Position numbers and translations under genes: made by a program | Part shown: piece by piece, positions 14,614-29,040 of the stretch | How positions within the stretch are numbered: the first letter of the stretch is position 1 | Layout of the letters: each line of letters begins with the position of its first letter | Assembly (NCBI GenBank): GCA_963693365.1 | Contig: CAVNZM010000009.1 | Span: 4,785,146-4,849,145, forward strand | DNA length: 64,000 nt | Reading direction: 5' to 3' | Source: Amoebidium appalachense | Lineage: Eukaryota; Protista; Ichthyosporea | The notes under the pieces: model-generated | What the model saw: only the letters and a program-made list of their open reading frames with translations | Told to the model about the DNA's origin: nothing | Database searches by the model: none

Positions 14614-15113
14614 GGGAGCCATGGAGGGGGATGAACGCCGAAAGCTAGGTGGGTTGGTGGGTGGGTGGGTGGGTGGGTACGTGTGTGTGTGTGTGTGTGT
14701 GTTTGTGTGCGGGCATGTGAGTGTGTGTGTGTGGGGGGGATGGGGGGGGGGGGGATGTTGGAAATATCAAAGCGACATCAAACTAAAATATAAAACATCG
14801 CAACAATGAAAACCCCAAATCAAACCATAAAATGGAACAAATAAAAATAAAAACGTGCAGGCGGAAGAGCCCATCCTTAGGGGTGGGGGTGTCCGTGGGG
14901 TGGGTGAGTGGGGGGATGGAGGTGGGGTGGGTTGGGGGGGGGGGGGGGGGGGGGGGGTAAAGACGAAGGGAGAGGGTGACAAAGGGCTGGCCCACACACA
15001 TAACCCGCAACCACAACTGCACGCACACACAGCCAACCACGCAGGCACATGTGCATTACACACACAAACACAGCCAACCAATAACACGAAATATACAACC
15101 TACATGCACCATA

Positions 15114-15193
<80 letters not shown>

Positions 15194-16272
15194 ACGCACG
15201 CACGCACGCACACACACTACACACACACACACACAGACAATCCACTCAACCCCAAATCTACCCACGGGCCCATCTTCACCCACCCCACATACACCCCCCT
15301 TATGCCTTTCTCAACATCCCATACATCTGGGCTACCCCCACACACCTATCCGCTCACGTTTCCCCTCGCCCCTTACCCCCCATTCAACCAGATACATGCA
15401 CCATTCTCGCCACCCCCACCCCCACACATAACCAGACTCATCGCTATTCCCTTCCTCCCGTCCCCACACCCACCTGGAGAATGTGGTTGCCCTTTTTTGA
15501 CAAGGGCGTCAGTCCCGTCATACCATTTATACTCTCCCGCCGACAACCACAGCCACTTGAGGCGTGTGGGGTTGCTCAGTGAGGGCCACACCACACCGTT
15601 CCAACGGTTCACGTCCGCCGACAGTGTCTCCAGGCTGCCCATCCGCACAACGTTATTGGCCGCCTGCTGTGTGATGCCCCTAGCGCGCACGTACAGGTGG
15701 CTGAAATTGCCTACCGGCAGACGGGTGATGATAGAATCGCCGAGGTCCACCTTGAGCCTTTTGAATTTGGGGCTGAGGTTGTCAATGAGCAGAAGCTCCC
15801 CGAGATCAAACCTGCCTCCGGCACTCCATGACGAAACCTGCACCCATATCCACGATTTGTGAAAGGTAACCCCACAATGACCGATAATCACACCAATGCT
15901 TATCTACTCCCTCAACTCCGTTCCCCTCGCCCTTCTGCCAGGCACACCCTTTCTCACCCACCCACACACTCGCGCACCCCCATGCCCATCCACCCATCCA
16001 CAATCACCACACAACCACAAATACCACCACCGCACCCACAACCACCAACACCCACACAACTATTCCCATATTTGCATAGTCAATCCATCCACACCCACAG
16101 ACACCTATTCCGAGGGGCCAATCCACAAACACAACCCCACACCAACACCCACAACACTCACCCACCGGCACTCACAACCAATCACACCCCATTTCCAAAC
16201 CACCACGATACACGCACATGAACATACACACGAACGCACGCTCACACATACATACGCTCGCAGGCGCGCGCG

Positions 16273-16332
<60 letters not shown>

Positions 16333-17159
16333 CGCACACGCACACGCACACACACACACACACACAAACACGCACACGCACATGCACATGCACACGCACA
16401 CGCACCTCTAGATTCGGTTTGTGCACCTCTGCACCTGCTTGAAAAGGTCCTCAACCTCCCTACAATTATAAAAGTGGTGCGACCAGTAGGTGAAGTGTGT
16501 GATAGCATCCAACCTCACACCTCCCGGTTCCGCCTTATGTAAGAAGGAGGTGAGTGGTGCACATCCTGTCACCTTCAGGGAGGACACTTTGTTGCAGATA
16601 CAAAGGATGTTGCTGATAAATTCATCGGTGGGATCATTTGTGGAGAGGCGACCTATCTGTGTGCGTTCCTTGAATACCAACCGGAGGGTATGGACCGATG
16701 GTCCTTCAATTAGCCCCCTTACGATCGACGTGACTTTATGCAAATATTCACTCGACATGATTTCTGGGAAGTAGAGAATGAGCACCTTTGTCTTGAGCCA
16801 CCTGTGTGCGGGCACCGGGGCTGTCACATCGACCTTATGGGGGTATTGGTCGCCTATTTCGTTCCACCACTCATCCAGATGACGAAACACAATCGTCGTA
16901 GTCTCTTTTGCCGTGCGTAGGCGTAGCCAGCTGTCCTTATGGCAATGCCACGAGGGCCTGTCGCCTGGAAAGCCAAATCCGTGATAATCCCCGAGATTGA
17001 TGGAGACATTGCAACCAATGAAGGGGCGGTCCCGGTGAAAACGGGAGGTGCTGGCGAGAGCGCTTGCATCTTTGGGTCCAAGATAGGAGTCGATGTGTTT
17101 CACTAGCTCAGGTGGGAGGCGTGCAAAAGGGCCCGATGGCGGGAAGGGAGAGGGCCGGG
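13331..17159 (-). CDS. F-box/LRR-like protein; exons about 17159-16435, 15837-15474, 14516-14002, 13456-13331; 5' exon not located; at least 2 apparent frameshifts
   Basis: F-box motif [29 protein letters not shown] follows a (CA)n-AG acceptor. LRR-like segments include [45 protein letters not shown] and SLRHLII. GT-AG boundaries are visible; the exon 1/2 junction has alternative in-frame options. Frame breaks near 15493-15498 (A6 on minus) and about 14340. Confidence 0.72.
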
Positions 17160-17243
<84 letters not shown>

Positions 17244-18959
17244 CGTGTGTCTGTGCGCTTCCGCACCCACCCCGTGCGTGGGTTGTGTAAGTACGTACAT
17301 GTGTCTGTTTGCGTGTGCATGTGTTTGTCTTGTGTCGCACATGTGTTGTATGTTAAAAAGGGTGATGTATAAGGGGTCAGCGCGGTCGTTAGTATACATT
17401 TGTTCGGCCTTCGTTCTTTGTTCGTTCTTCGTTCTTTGTTCGGCCCTCGTTCAAGAATAATAGGAGGATAGAAAGGCAGAAGAAGCGGCCCCCGGGGGGG
17501 GGGGGGGGGGATATATGAGAAAGATCCCAAAAGACAGCACATCCAAATGGTGTGTATTTGCACAACGCTAAAAATGACGCAAACGTGTTTCTGTTTGCCA
17601 CGGCATGCACCCCTTGTACTCGGGGCCTTCAGTCAAACACCCAATGCTAACACAAACCTTCTCCTCTTCTCCCTCCCATGCGTCCCCCCTCCCCCCACCC
17701 CCCAAACACCACACTGCGTGCGCGCGCGCACACACACACATATGTACAAACCTTCTCCTCTTCTCCCTCCTACGCATCCCCTTCCTCACCCCCCTCCCCC
17801 CCCCCCCCCCCCCCCCTCCCCAAAACATACACACAACAAAAACAAAGGCAATATGTTAGGGATGATGGGCAAGGAAAGGGGCTGGCGGTTGTAGTGGTTG
17901 TAGTTGCGTTGTCTTTGTTTTTGCTGCCACGCAAGGGGGAAGAGCAAGACAGGAAAAAGAATATCCTGTGTGCGTGAAAGAAACGGAAAGGAGCAGCAGG
18001 ATATGCACGCAGCAAGTGGGGATAACCGAGTATCAAGAAAATTGTAGCGAATTCTGTGGGCTCCGATGTGCGAAACGGGCCATGCCAAGCCATTTACGCA
18101 TGTAACCGAGTCTGAACACGAATGAATAAACATGTAAAATATCGATATAAAAAGCTTTTAATACAGACTATACAACCGAGCTCACAGTGGCGTGGTTTTG
18201 CACAAGCACCACACAGCACAAGCACAAACTCTCAGCAAACTGGCGTAACCAAGTGAGCCATGGTGCCTGCCGGCTTTTACACTGTCACAGATGACATAAT
18301 TGGATCGCAAAAAAATACGCAAAAGAGTAGAAAAATCTCACTTACCCACTGCTAGCTGGTTTTCTTGCTTGGGTGCCATGTTCAAAAACTTCTGGAAATG
18401 GTTGTTGAGGCAAGAAGAGTGGTGGCTACATGGTGGGGTGCATGAAGTTGATTTTAAATCTGTTCGCCTATTTACTAGCGCTGGATGGTTGTGCTAGTGA
18501 AAGTGAAGAAATTCTCTCTGCATATCTTAGCAAAAAAAACGTGCGCTGTAAGATGCCTTTAACATAAAGTCGTCTTCGTGTAAGCTTGAGTACGGTTCGT
18601 TCATGATTCTGGCAAGTGTAATGCGCAGACAGCTATGCAGGTCCAAGTGGATCGTACGCTTTACTCAGTGCAAGTGATCTCTGAAATGAGTTCACGTTTA
18701 TCTAAATCGCACAACAAAAGGCAGTTTGCTACAGCTCAACCTTCTACGGTGATTGTTTTCATAACGACTCCTCGCTTGGCATGCGCAGAGGAAGCAATTC
18801 TGTTTGCACGAATGTTCACAGTCTGCTTCGCTTCTGTTCACACCAGCTGTTCAAATCAACTGTGACGGCCAGGGCTAGTAGACGGCAACCGTTGAAATGA
18901 CTAGTCACGTGACTTAAGGTGATTGCGATTGGCTGTCACGACGAATAGCCTTTTATGGT

Positions 18960-19430
18960 TCACCAGCTTCGAGAATATAATTGGATTATACGGCACCCAT
19001 CGAAATGTGACGCGGACATGTAGGTACACAGCGCCGGGCCAGCACAGTGTGAGGGGCACACTGTAAACATGACGTTGCCCGGACGCATGGCCATTTGGAG
19101 ATGGCCAATTGGAGCAATGCATTCTCCGAAGCTTAAAATGGGTGGGTATGTGGCTGCAGAGTGATGGGGGAAGGTGGCCATACATGAGGGTATCTGTAGT
19201 TATAACAAAGTGATCAAATGTAGTTGCCCTCAGCATTGGCATTGAAGAAATCGGTTGCATTGTCATTGAAGGAGAATGGGTGGCTGGGGTCGGTGATGAT
19301 CCAGAGATAGGGCCAGAGTAGGCTGGCCCATGTGTTGGTATGCACAGTTGCAATTGTGACCGAGCTGCAGAATAGTGATGGGTCTGCTCTCTTGTTGGTG
19401 CCCGTTCAGACCCTTTTATCTGATACATTT
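18960..19430 (-). pseudogene. Degenerate coding-like island with weak resemblance to a TET/JBP-type 2OG-Fe(II) dioxygenase
   Basis: Repeat-free island. Across frames it reads HPFSFNDNATDFFNA and FGECIAPIGHLQMAMRPGNVMFTVCPSH...GCRIIQLYS. No intact HxD; matched by eye only. Confidence 0.2.
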
Positions 19431-19650
19431 CTTGCTTCCTGAGTTATACGGTAGGGAAAGGGCCGAGAAAGACGCATGCAACTTTGAGGGTAGAATGCGG
19501 AAGGGGATTTAAGGGCATGGAGTGGCAAGAGGGGGGCGGGCGGGGGGGGGGTTGAGTGACTAGAGGAGGTTGCACGACAGTTTATGTCGCCTACGTAGGT
19601 ACTGCCTCCCCCCCCCCCCCCCCCCCCCCCCGCCAAACCCAAACCCAAAA

Positions 19651-19692
<42 letters not shown>

Positions 19693-19748
19693 GCACGCAC
19701 GTCTGCACACACACACACACGCACCGTGGCACACACACATGCACACAT

Positions 19749-19790
<42 letters not shown>

Positions 19791-20063
19791 GCGCGCACAC
19801 ACACACACACGCGTGCGCGCGTACGTGTGTGTACGCAAATAAACAACGTGTCCCGTGGTGCAGGAGGGATTGAAGAAATACCGCGACCTGATCATCATGG
19901 GAGGCAATCGGCAATATGTACCTCTTTAGCAGTTGACATCTGTAAGGATACCTTAAATGCCTGTATAAACTTCAAGCTAGTAGATCTTTTCAAATATCGT
20001 AGCATCAGTCACTTTTTTAGCTTGTGGGGGTATAAGGTGTGGATGCTCGCATGCGTGTGTACT

Positions 20064-20179
<116 letters not shown>

Positions 20180-20376
20180 TGTGTCTGTTTTCCTTTTTAG
20201 GGGGGCGCGCAGGGGGAGGGGGGGGGGGGGGGGGGGGGGAGAGGAGTTTTAGTCCAAGAACATAATTTGCACGTTTTTCCTTCCCGGCCTCAGCCTTGCC
20301 ACGGGTTTGTAAGCATCCCCAAGTACGTTGACTTTTTCATTTCTGTTCTTTTTTTTTCCTTATTTTTTTTTTTTGT

Positions 20377-20424
<48 letters not shown>

Positions 20425-20676
20425 TGCCTGGGGGGTTATTTAACGGATGGAAGGTTGTGGGGGGAGAGGAGGAGGGGAAGGGGAGGGGGGGAGGGGAGGG
20501 GGGGGGATGGGGGGGGGGGATGGGGGGGGGGGGGGGGGGGGGGAGGGAGGGAGGGAGTAAGGCTGGCAGCGGACACATGGATTAATATATACCATTTCAG
20601 GCCCCGAGACGTCATCTCAACTCACATGTCCAAACATGTGAGGGTTAGCCGGGTGGGTGGGTGGCGGGTGGAGGGG

Positions 20677-20710
<34 letters not shown>

Positions 20711-20783
20711 GGGGGGGCGCTGTCTTTGTGTTGGGTGTGATGTGTGTGTGTGTGTGTGTGTGTGTGTCTGTATGTGTTTCACG

Positions 20784-20848
<65 letters not shown>

Positions 20849-21197
20849 ACGTGCGTGTTTGTGTACATGTGTGTGTGTGTGTGTGTGCGTCCGTGTGTGT
20901 TTGTGTGTGTGTGGTCAGCAACGTTTTATGGTGGCTAGGGTACAATGCGTGTAAAAGAAAGAGAAGGGGGACCGGGAGAGGTGGGGGGGGGAGGGGGGGG
21001 GGGGGGGAGAGGGGGGAGGCGAGGAGGAGAGGACAGCCCATCATATTGCTTAGTTAAAGAGAGCCTAGGGGAACCTGCCAATCAGAAGCGCGGGGTGAGA
21101 GGTACAAACGTACGGGGTAGGGGGTGGGGTGGGAGGTGGGGGGGGGGGGGGAGGAGGGGGGGGGGGGGGGAGGGGGGAGAAATAATGCATGAAGTAG

Positions 21198-22410
21198 ACA
21201 TCAGGACAGACACCCCACGTTGAATTATGTATTATCAATGGCTAATGGTTAATCTAATGGGTATTGCCTTTTCTATTGATTCTGGGGCATCTAAAACGAA
21301 ATTTTAGATATCTCGCCAATCAGAATAGCTTAGACTTTTTTCCTTATCACGGTAGACTCAAAGGTGCCAGTGATTCTCACTGCCACACAAGTTTTCCTCC
21401 CCCTCCCTCCCCCCTCCCCCCACTCCCTTCGTTCCCCCTTCCTCCTTCCCCCACTCACCAACCCCCCCTCCCCCCCCCCCACCCCCCCCTTCAAAAAAAA
21501 AAAAAAGAAAGAAAAATCGAAATACATTGACATGTATGTATAAACCTGGCATAATATGAATGCATGTCTATTCTATATGCCATATATGGAAGTGCTGATG
21601 TGGGGTTCTGTGGGTTTGCTATCTAGTGTAGTAATATTTGAATAATTTATATCCCATCCGATATGCCATATATGAAATTATCCAGGGGGCCTCATCCAGT
21701 TTGCTGCGTTTATGCGTCATATAGCTCTACGTACGTTCACCACTTCATAGAGCAACCCCCCTAAACTCCCCCCTCCCCCACCCGTTGTAACTTGCCCTCC
21801 GGGCCGTCCATAGCTATTTCGTTTAACTGTCGATCAGAAAACGGCCCAAAAAATGGAGTCCCCCCTACGATATATCATATAGTGATAGGGTCAAGGAGGA
21901 ACACCGCCATATGAACACATATTGTAGAAAAAAGATAAGGGCTATCCCCCCCCCCCCCCCCCTTGCCACCTCATCCCCCCTCTTCTCCCCGGGGGACCAC
22001 AACGAGGATGGGGGGGGGGGGGAGGGAGGACTCCGTGGTGGGGGTGGAAGGGGGGAGTTGGGGGCGGGGGGGGGGGGGGGGGGGAGAGGGAGGGGGGAAG
22101 GGGGAGGAAGGGGGGAGTTGAGGGGGGGGGGGGGGGGGGGAGGGAGAGAGGGGGTTATCGGTGGTGTCCTTGTTTGTGAAGTTTTCTAACTACGGTAATG
22201 AAGAGATAAAAGGCATTTGAAGAGGTTTTCTTTCAAACAAGACTTGGTGTTTAGCCACGATGTTTGAACGGTGGTGGTGATAGTCTAAGGGAAGAGGGAG
22301 GAGGGGAAGACATGCTTGCCTTTTTAAAGTGAGCGAGGTATGGGGAGGTTAGTTGACAGAGAAGATTCGTTGATATGAGGAGGCACCGGTGGGAGAGAGA
22401 ACACGGTTGG
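21198..22410 (+). repeat. Dispersed repeat family B, long copy 2
   Basis: Collinear, same-orientation homolog of 10393-12075. Confidence 0.85.
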
Positions 22411-22641
22411 GGGGGGGGGGGGGAGGGGGGGAGGGGAAAGAGAGAGAGGGGGGGGGGGGGCGCCGGGGGGGGGGGGGGGGGGGGGGGGGGGAGGGGGGAG
22501 GGGGGGGGGTCACCCATTTCCTTTCAAAATAAAAAGAAAGAAAAGAAAAAAGAAAGCTCCTTGCTTACCTTCCTCCCCCCCCCCCCCCCCCCCCCCCGGC
22601 CCCAATAAACAAAAAACAGAAGAAAAAAAAACATGCCTCTT

Positions 22642-22679
<38 letters not shown>

Positions 22680-22911
22680 CCCCTCCCCCTCCCTTTCCCG
22701 AGTCCCCCCCTCTTCCTCCCCGCGCCCCGCCCACCCGCCCCCGGAGCATATCTTGCGATCAATCAGGCAAATTTCGTAGAGGTTATCCATACGGCCGGTT
22801 ACTGCGATTATGCAAAATGAAAAACGAACCGAGCTCAATGATTGGCCAAGGCAAATTCCTGGGGAGATCTACATGCGGATAGGGTTGGGGGTGGCCCTAC
22901 TTGCCATATAT

Positions 22912-23020
22912 GGATTCCTGAAGGATATACGGAATTCCTGAGGGATACATGAATTCCTGAGGGATATACAGAATTCCTGAGGGACAAAAGGAATTGTTGA
23001 GGGATACGAAATTCCTGAGA
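22912..23020 (+). repeat. Minisatellite, about 6 copies of a 19-20 bp unit (GAATTCCTGAGGGATATAC-like)
   Basis: Directly visible tandem units, starting right at the end of a family B fragment (22830-22915). Confidence 0.9.
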
Positions 23021-23202
23021 GAGAACGGGCTCGTGTTTTTTCATTTCAATTTGCTGCCTGCTTACATTCATACTATTGCCCTTGCTATATGAATGTGTTA
23101 TGTAGTATAATGGTATCCGATATAGGTAGGTACTTTAGTGAGGAGGATTTCCTTTGTTTTCTTCCTGCTACGGCAATGTCTGTGTGTGTGTGTGGTGGTG
23201 GA

Positions 23203-23240
<38 letters not shown>

Positions 23241-23693
23241 GGAGGATGGGTTGCATATGCAGCGGGCTATTGGTTCGACAGCATGGCATATAAACTTGTG
23301 ACTTTTTGTCTCACGGCACCACACCTAGGAAAGTTTTGTCTCCGAAAAACTCTATTTCCAAATTAAAATATGAATCACTTATTCTAACAGGGGTGGCGGG
23401 CAGGGCAGAGGAGGGGGAGGGGGGAGGGGGGGAAGGAGGGGGAGAAGGGAAGAGGGCGGCGGGGTGGGGGGGGGGGGGGGGGGGGCAGGGTGGGGGGAGG
23501 CGCAGGGGGATGGGGGGAGGGGAGGGGGGGGGGGAGGGGGGGGGGAGGGAGGGAGGGGAGGGAGGGGGGAGTCAAAGTCAGATTAAGAGGAAGTGGAAGT
23601 TGGCTGTTTGGTGCTTCAGGGGGGCTCATTTGGTTTGCTGATTGTTAACACTCTAACCAACCCCTCCATACAGCGATAATATTATATCATATA

Positions 23694-23746
23694 GTGTGCG
23701 TGCGTGTGTGCGTGCGTGTGTGCGTGTGTGCGTGCGTGCGTGCGTG

Positions 23747-23833
<87 letters not shown>

Positions 23834-24045
23834 ATGCGTGCGTGCCTGCGTGTGCGCATGTACATGCGTGTCCATGGGTGTGTGTGTGTGTCTGTAGGTG
23901 CGTGCGTACGTGTGTGGGTGCGTGGTGCGTGGGTGTGTGGGTGTGGGTGTGCATGTGTGTGTGCGTGTGTGTGTGTGTGTGCATGTGCATGTGTGCGTGC
24001 GTGCGTGTGTGTGCCTGCGCGAGTGTGTGCGTGCGTGTGCGTTTG
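23694..24045. repeat. (GCGT)n/(GT)n microsatellite
   Basis: About 20 perfect GCGT units at 23748-23832 within a 350-bp alternating purine-pyrimidine tract. Confidence 0.95.
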
Positions 24046-24363
24046 CGTCATCTCATCGACTTCTATGAATTTTGGGGTACCGGGCGGGTGGGGTGGGTCG
24101 TTGTGGTAGTGTCCCGGATAGGGGGGGAGGGGGGGGGGGGGGGGGGGGAGGAGGGGGGGAAGAGGGGGGGGGGGGGGGGTTTACAAAATTACCTTTGCCT
24201 TAGTTTCTTTCGTTCATCCATTTTTTTTTCTTTTCTTCTTTTCTCCTTTTCCGGTTATTTGAAAGATGTCTTTTTTGTTACCTACATGTTGATTGTTGGA
24301 TGGGGTGGGGTCGGTTTGAGTGGGGGGCAGTGAGAGAATGGGTGGTGTGGGGTGGTGTGGGGT

Positions 24364-24419
<56 letters not shown>

Positions 24420-24843
24420 ATGGCAAACAGTGTGTGTGTGTGTGTGAGGGGGGGGGGGGGGGGAGGGGAGGTTGGGGGGGGGGGGGGGGGGGGGGGAAGG
24501 ATACTATCGCCGTCCGCGCTGGTGGTACCCCTCCCGGTCAGAGCTACAGGCAAATAGAGGTCATGTCTGAAGGTACAACGCTGATATGTATTTGTAGACC
24601 GTCGGTACCATCAGTATATACCACGAGATACATACGTCATCAATAGTAAAGCTGTACATCCAAAGCTGTTCAGATACACGAGGTTAGTTTCAACCAGCAA
24701 CAAATAATTACATTAGCTGTGAAACTGTATCAACAGCATTATTGAAATGAGCGTGAGGCCGAATGCACCACGTTTGTCAGACGGCGCATGAAACTAAACC
24801 CCCTCCCCCCCCCCCCCCCCCCCCCCGTTACGGGCGCGCGCGT

Positions 24844-24933
<90 letters not shown>

Positions 24934-26098
24934 ACACCAAAAAAAAAAAAAAGAAAGAAAGAAAGAGAAAAAAGTCACGCCCCCTTTCGAATTCATTCCT
25001 ATTGATTGCTGATAGATATAGCATGAAGCTTCTTAGGGGGTTTACGCTGTTTACTCGAGGCAAACCAATTGACATGAGAAACACAATGACTTCTACTTCA
25101 TAATGGGTTATACGGTCTCATGAATTTCCAATGTTTTATTGCAACTTGCAGCCACGAGAAATCATCTCGAGTGATTCTAGGTATTTTCAATCAGATTTGG
25201 GGTTGTCCGGGGGGAGGGGGATGGGGGGGGGGGAAGAGGGTATGGGGAGCATGGGGAGGGGGGGCGGGTGCATATGGGAAAGCAGTGGAAATTTTTTCTT
25301 TTGACTCGGGTTTATTGATCCGTTGATGAAGGCAACGTGCAGCCACAGGCTACATAACCACCAATAGAACTGAAAAAGCCAAAGCTACGAAATAAAAATA
25401 AAGCGACAAGTGACAAAGGACACCAGTGGGCAAAACCTTATGTGTACGTGTATGCGTGAAACTAGTTTGCTCCAACTAGTCATATGCATCGATGTTGACC
25501 AGACCACACTCCGCAAGAAGACATCATTACTGCTCCTTCCCAACAGGCCCCCCTCAAAACCTACCGAGGCACAGCAAGCAAGTCAGCCTCTAAAAGAGCA
25601 ATGCAGACCAAATCTGAGCTAAAAAACAATCCCAACGGGCCCGGCCCCTAGATAACCCGGAGAAACTGCATCTAGCTCTCTGATAAGGTGGCCTAGTTGT
25701 GGCAGGACACACAGAAAAACACAATTACAGAATGCATGCAAGCAAACCCGGTCATTGCCATACGACTGGAGGCTAAGGACTGGCAGTCACTTGGAAAGCT
25801 CCCCGACGACCAAGTAGCCGCCCCTCCACTCACGCAGCGCAGAAGTAGCTGAAGAAGTTGCAGCAGCCCACCGCCAATAGGTCGCGTAGAAGCGTAGACA
25901 GCGCGTAGAAGTTACCATAGGTTGCAGTGGACCACGAGGCGTTGAAGAAACCACTTCTCAGGCGAGAAACTCCGCGAAAGGGAGATGCCCCCACACTCTC
26001 ACAGCAGTAGGAATACACCAGGCCACGCCACACACACGCTGCAGTCACGTTCCCCTGAGTGGGACTCCCTCCCACCACAAAAAGAAGAAACGAAAGCC

Positions 26099-26106
26099 TT
26101 TATATA
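26099..26106 (-). promoter_or_regulatory. Candidate TATA box (TATATAAA) upstream of an orphan candidate first exon (ATG 25918 to donor GTGAGT at 25833)
   Basis: Consensus TATA on minus strand, TGACGT at 26139-26144, and a repeat-free island downstream ending in a strong donor. Confidence 0.25.
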
Positions 26107-26334
26107 CCTGCCATGGTGAAGAATCGGGAAAAAAAATTTGACGTGACAGCTAAGAGATCGAAGTGAAATTGAAGTCCAGTGGAAATTGGGGTATGGGGGG
26201 ACCGGGGTGAAGAAGGAGGAGGGGGGGGGGGGGGGGGGGGAAGGGGGAGAGGGGGGAGAGGGGGGGGGGGGGGATTGGGTTATATCCGTAAGTAATGAGA
26301 GATAAATTGGACAGAGGCTGCATAAAGGAGACGG

Positions 26335-26562
26335 CCGGACACTCCACGTTGAACCATGAAATCAAATATTCCTGTTGTCAAAACGGGCTGGGTGGCATGG
26401 ATGGATATCACCCTTCAGTACTCTAATCATTCTCGAATATCTGCCATTTATTATTCGGTATATCTAACCTGCCTGGATAGCCGAGATCGTTTCGTTATAA
26501 CCGGGCTCGATCACACTGCACAGTTCAGTCTAGATCTGCCTCACACGTGCACCGGCTTCAAT

Positions 26563-26593
<31 letters not shown>

Positions 26594-27042
26594 TCCCCCC
26601 CCCCCCCCCCCCCTCCCAAACCACCCACTCCTATCCTTCCCCCTTTCCGCACCTCTTCTCCTGGGTTTCTCTCCTCCCCCCCCCCCCCCCCCCTTCTGCG
26701 GGGCTCCTCCCCTCCCCCCCCCCCCCCCCCTCCTCCTCCTTCCGGGGCCGATACTGGGAACACGTTAAAAAGTGAGCAGAGGGGCTCCGTAGCGGCCACC
26801 CACATGCCTGGTTTGTGCGACTGAAATCTGATTGGTTAATATCGAGGCCATTGCAAGCTCAATGATTGACCAATGCAAATCCTTGGGGCATCCTCATGTA
26901 AATGGCTCGTGGGGTCTTCGTACTTGCCATATATGGGAGCTTTGGAGGGGGTTTCACTTGGTTTTCCTTTCAGGTAGAACCCCATTTCGCCCTCAGAAGA
27001 GCCCCCCTCCCCCCTTCCCCTCCTCCGCTCCCCTCCCCAGCC

Positions 27043-27075
<33 letters not shown>

Positions 27076-27260
27076 CGCACCCACAGACACACCCAGCCTA
27101 CATGTATACCATGTTGATATGCATATCTAACCGATGTGCCGTATACGAAGTTGCTGATGTGGGGTCAGTGTTTCTGACTGGTGTGCTTTTATCTTCCTTC
27201 CAGCGCAGATATATATGCCTCACATAAAATTGAGGGGGGCTCATGTGGTTTGCCACCCAA
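26335..27260 (+). repeat. Dispersed repeat family B, diverged copy
   Basis: GACACTCCACGTTGAA, AGCTCAATGATTGACCAA, GTACTTGCCATATATGG, GCTGATGTGGGGTC and GGGGGGCTCATGTG motifs. Confidence 0.75.
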
Positions 27261-27509
27261 TGTAACTCTAATATATATATATAGTCGCCCCTCAGTACTA
27301 CACTCCCTCGCTAACACGCTCCACCCCCCCCCCCCCCCCCCCCCCCCCCGTTTAAGCCCCCCTCTAATATAACGTCGAATTTTTTGTATTTTGTTCTATC
27401 AAAACCCTCGCATAATAGTGCGACACACGGTTGTACATGAAATGCTAGGGTCAAGCGTGAATGACACACGCACGCACACACACACACGGACGCACACACG
27501 CACACACAT

Positions 27510-27551
<42 letters not shown>

Positions 27552-27594
27552 GCGCGCGCGCGCGCAAGCCGCAAAAACGAATACATCATCCCCT

Positions 27595-27632
<38 letters not shown>

Positions 27633-28968
27633 TTTTTCCCCGTTTGTCCAGTCCTCAAGGGGAGGGATTCGAGCGCTCTCTGTATGTTAGTTTGCGGCTA
27701 AGGGGGGGGGGGGGGGGGGGGGGGGGGGAGGGGGGGGGGGGGGGAGGGGGGGGGGGGGGGGGGGGAGGGGGGCTGCGGCTGCGGTGGGGGTTGCTTAATG
27801 AAAAAGGAAAAAGAAGAACACAAGGCACAAGGTGGCATTGTTGGTTGGTTGTTGGTTGGGGAGGGGGGAAGAAGGGGGGGGGGGGGGGGGGAGGAGGAAG
27901 GGGGGGGGGGAGAGGGGGGGGGAAGGGGGGGGGGGGAAGGGATAAGAGAGGGATTTTGTATAGCTAGATCTAGAGCATGGGGATGGGGTTGAGGAGGATG
28001 GGGGCGAAAAGGGGGGAGGGGGGGGGGGGTTCTATAATATGTGCACTCAAATTACTTGGCTCATAGTAATGCCTCTTTATAGAGCTAAACTGCGCATTGC
28101 ACAGACCCGCCTTTTTCCGATTGGCGCAAAATGTCAGGGCAAACATAGTAGGTTAAATTCTTTAAACTGGAGGCCCCGGGGGGGGTGATTATGCAGGCTG
28201 CGGTTGTTGATTTAAAACTTTGTGAGTGAGATGTTGTATCATATGCTCTCTCTCTCTCAACATAACTCGAGCTTGGCAAAAACACATCACACATTGGTCC
28301 CTCATCAAGACCATTAAACCCCCCCTTTTTTTTGCGCAAAAAGACACTGTCCCGGTTATCGACATGCAGCTCTTCGTACGGAGGACTATTGGGTACAACC
28401 TGTAAATGACTCCGTGTATCAGTGGGGTGTACGTGCGTGTGGGTGTGGGTGTTTGGGGGGAGGGGGGGGGGAGGGGGAGGGGGGGCTTTTTCTTTTTTCA
28501 AGTTTAATTTGATTTTTTTTTATTTTGCGGGGGGGGGGGAGGGGGAGGGGGGAGGGGGGAGGGGGGGGGAGGGGGTGGAGGGGGGGGGGGGGGGGGGGGG
28601 AGGGGGGGTTGCAGGCAGCTGCGGGTGCAGATGTTTTGATATGTAGGCTGGGAGAGAGATCTAGGTGGCAACGATTTCTATGAGGTGGCTAGGGACATAA
28701 TGGCACATGGCGACATTATTATAACGGTTTTGCGGCTATCTGATTGGTGGGAATCAGAGTACCTGTGCATGCAAAATTTTCTTAGCCTAGCGCAGCCGGG
28801 ACGAAAAAAAACAGGCCCCGCTATAGTGTTGCACTGGAGTTGTGTTGCCACGGTTTAAAAAAAAAAAATAAACGGCCCCACTCTATTAGTACAGGCTAGA
28901 GAAGGAAAGGGAATAAAAGCCAAATGCAGTGAGTTTTGGTGGACTAATTTTTGGTAGACTAGCAGTTT

Positions 28969-29040
<72 letters not shown>

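Noticed and set aside
26836-27090. Family B as a protein-coding repeat (IYGKYxDPT on minus strand)
   Set aside because: Other copies have stops and indels in this frame; conservation appears to be at nucleotide level.
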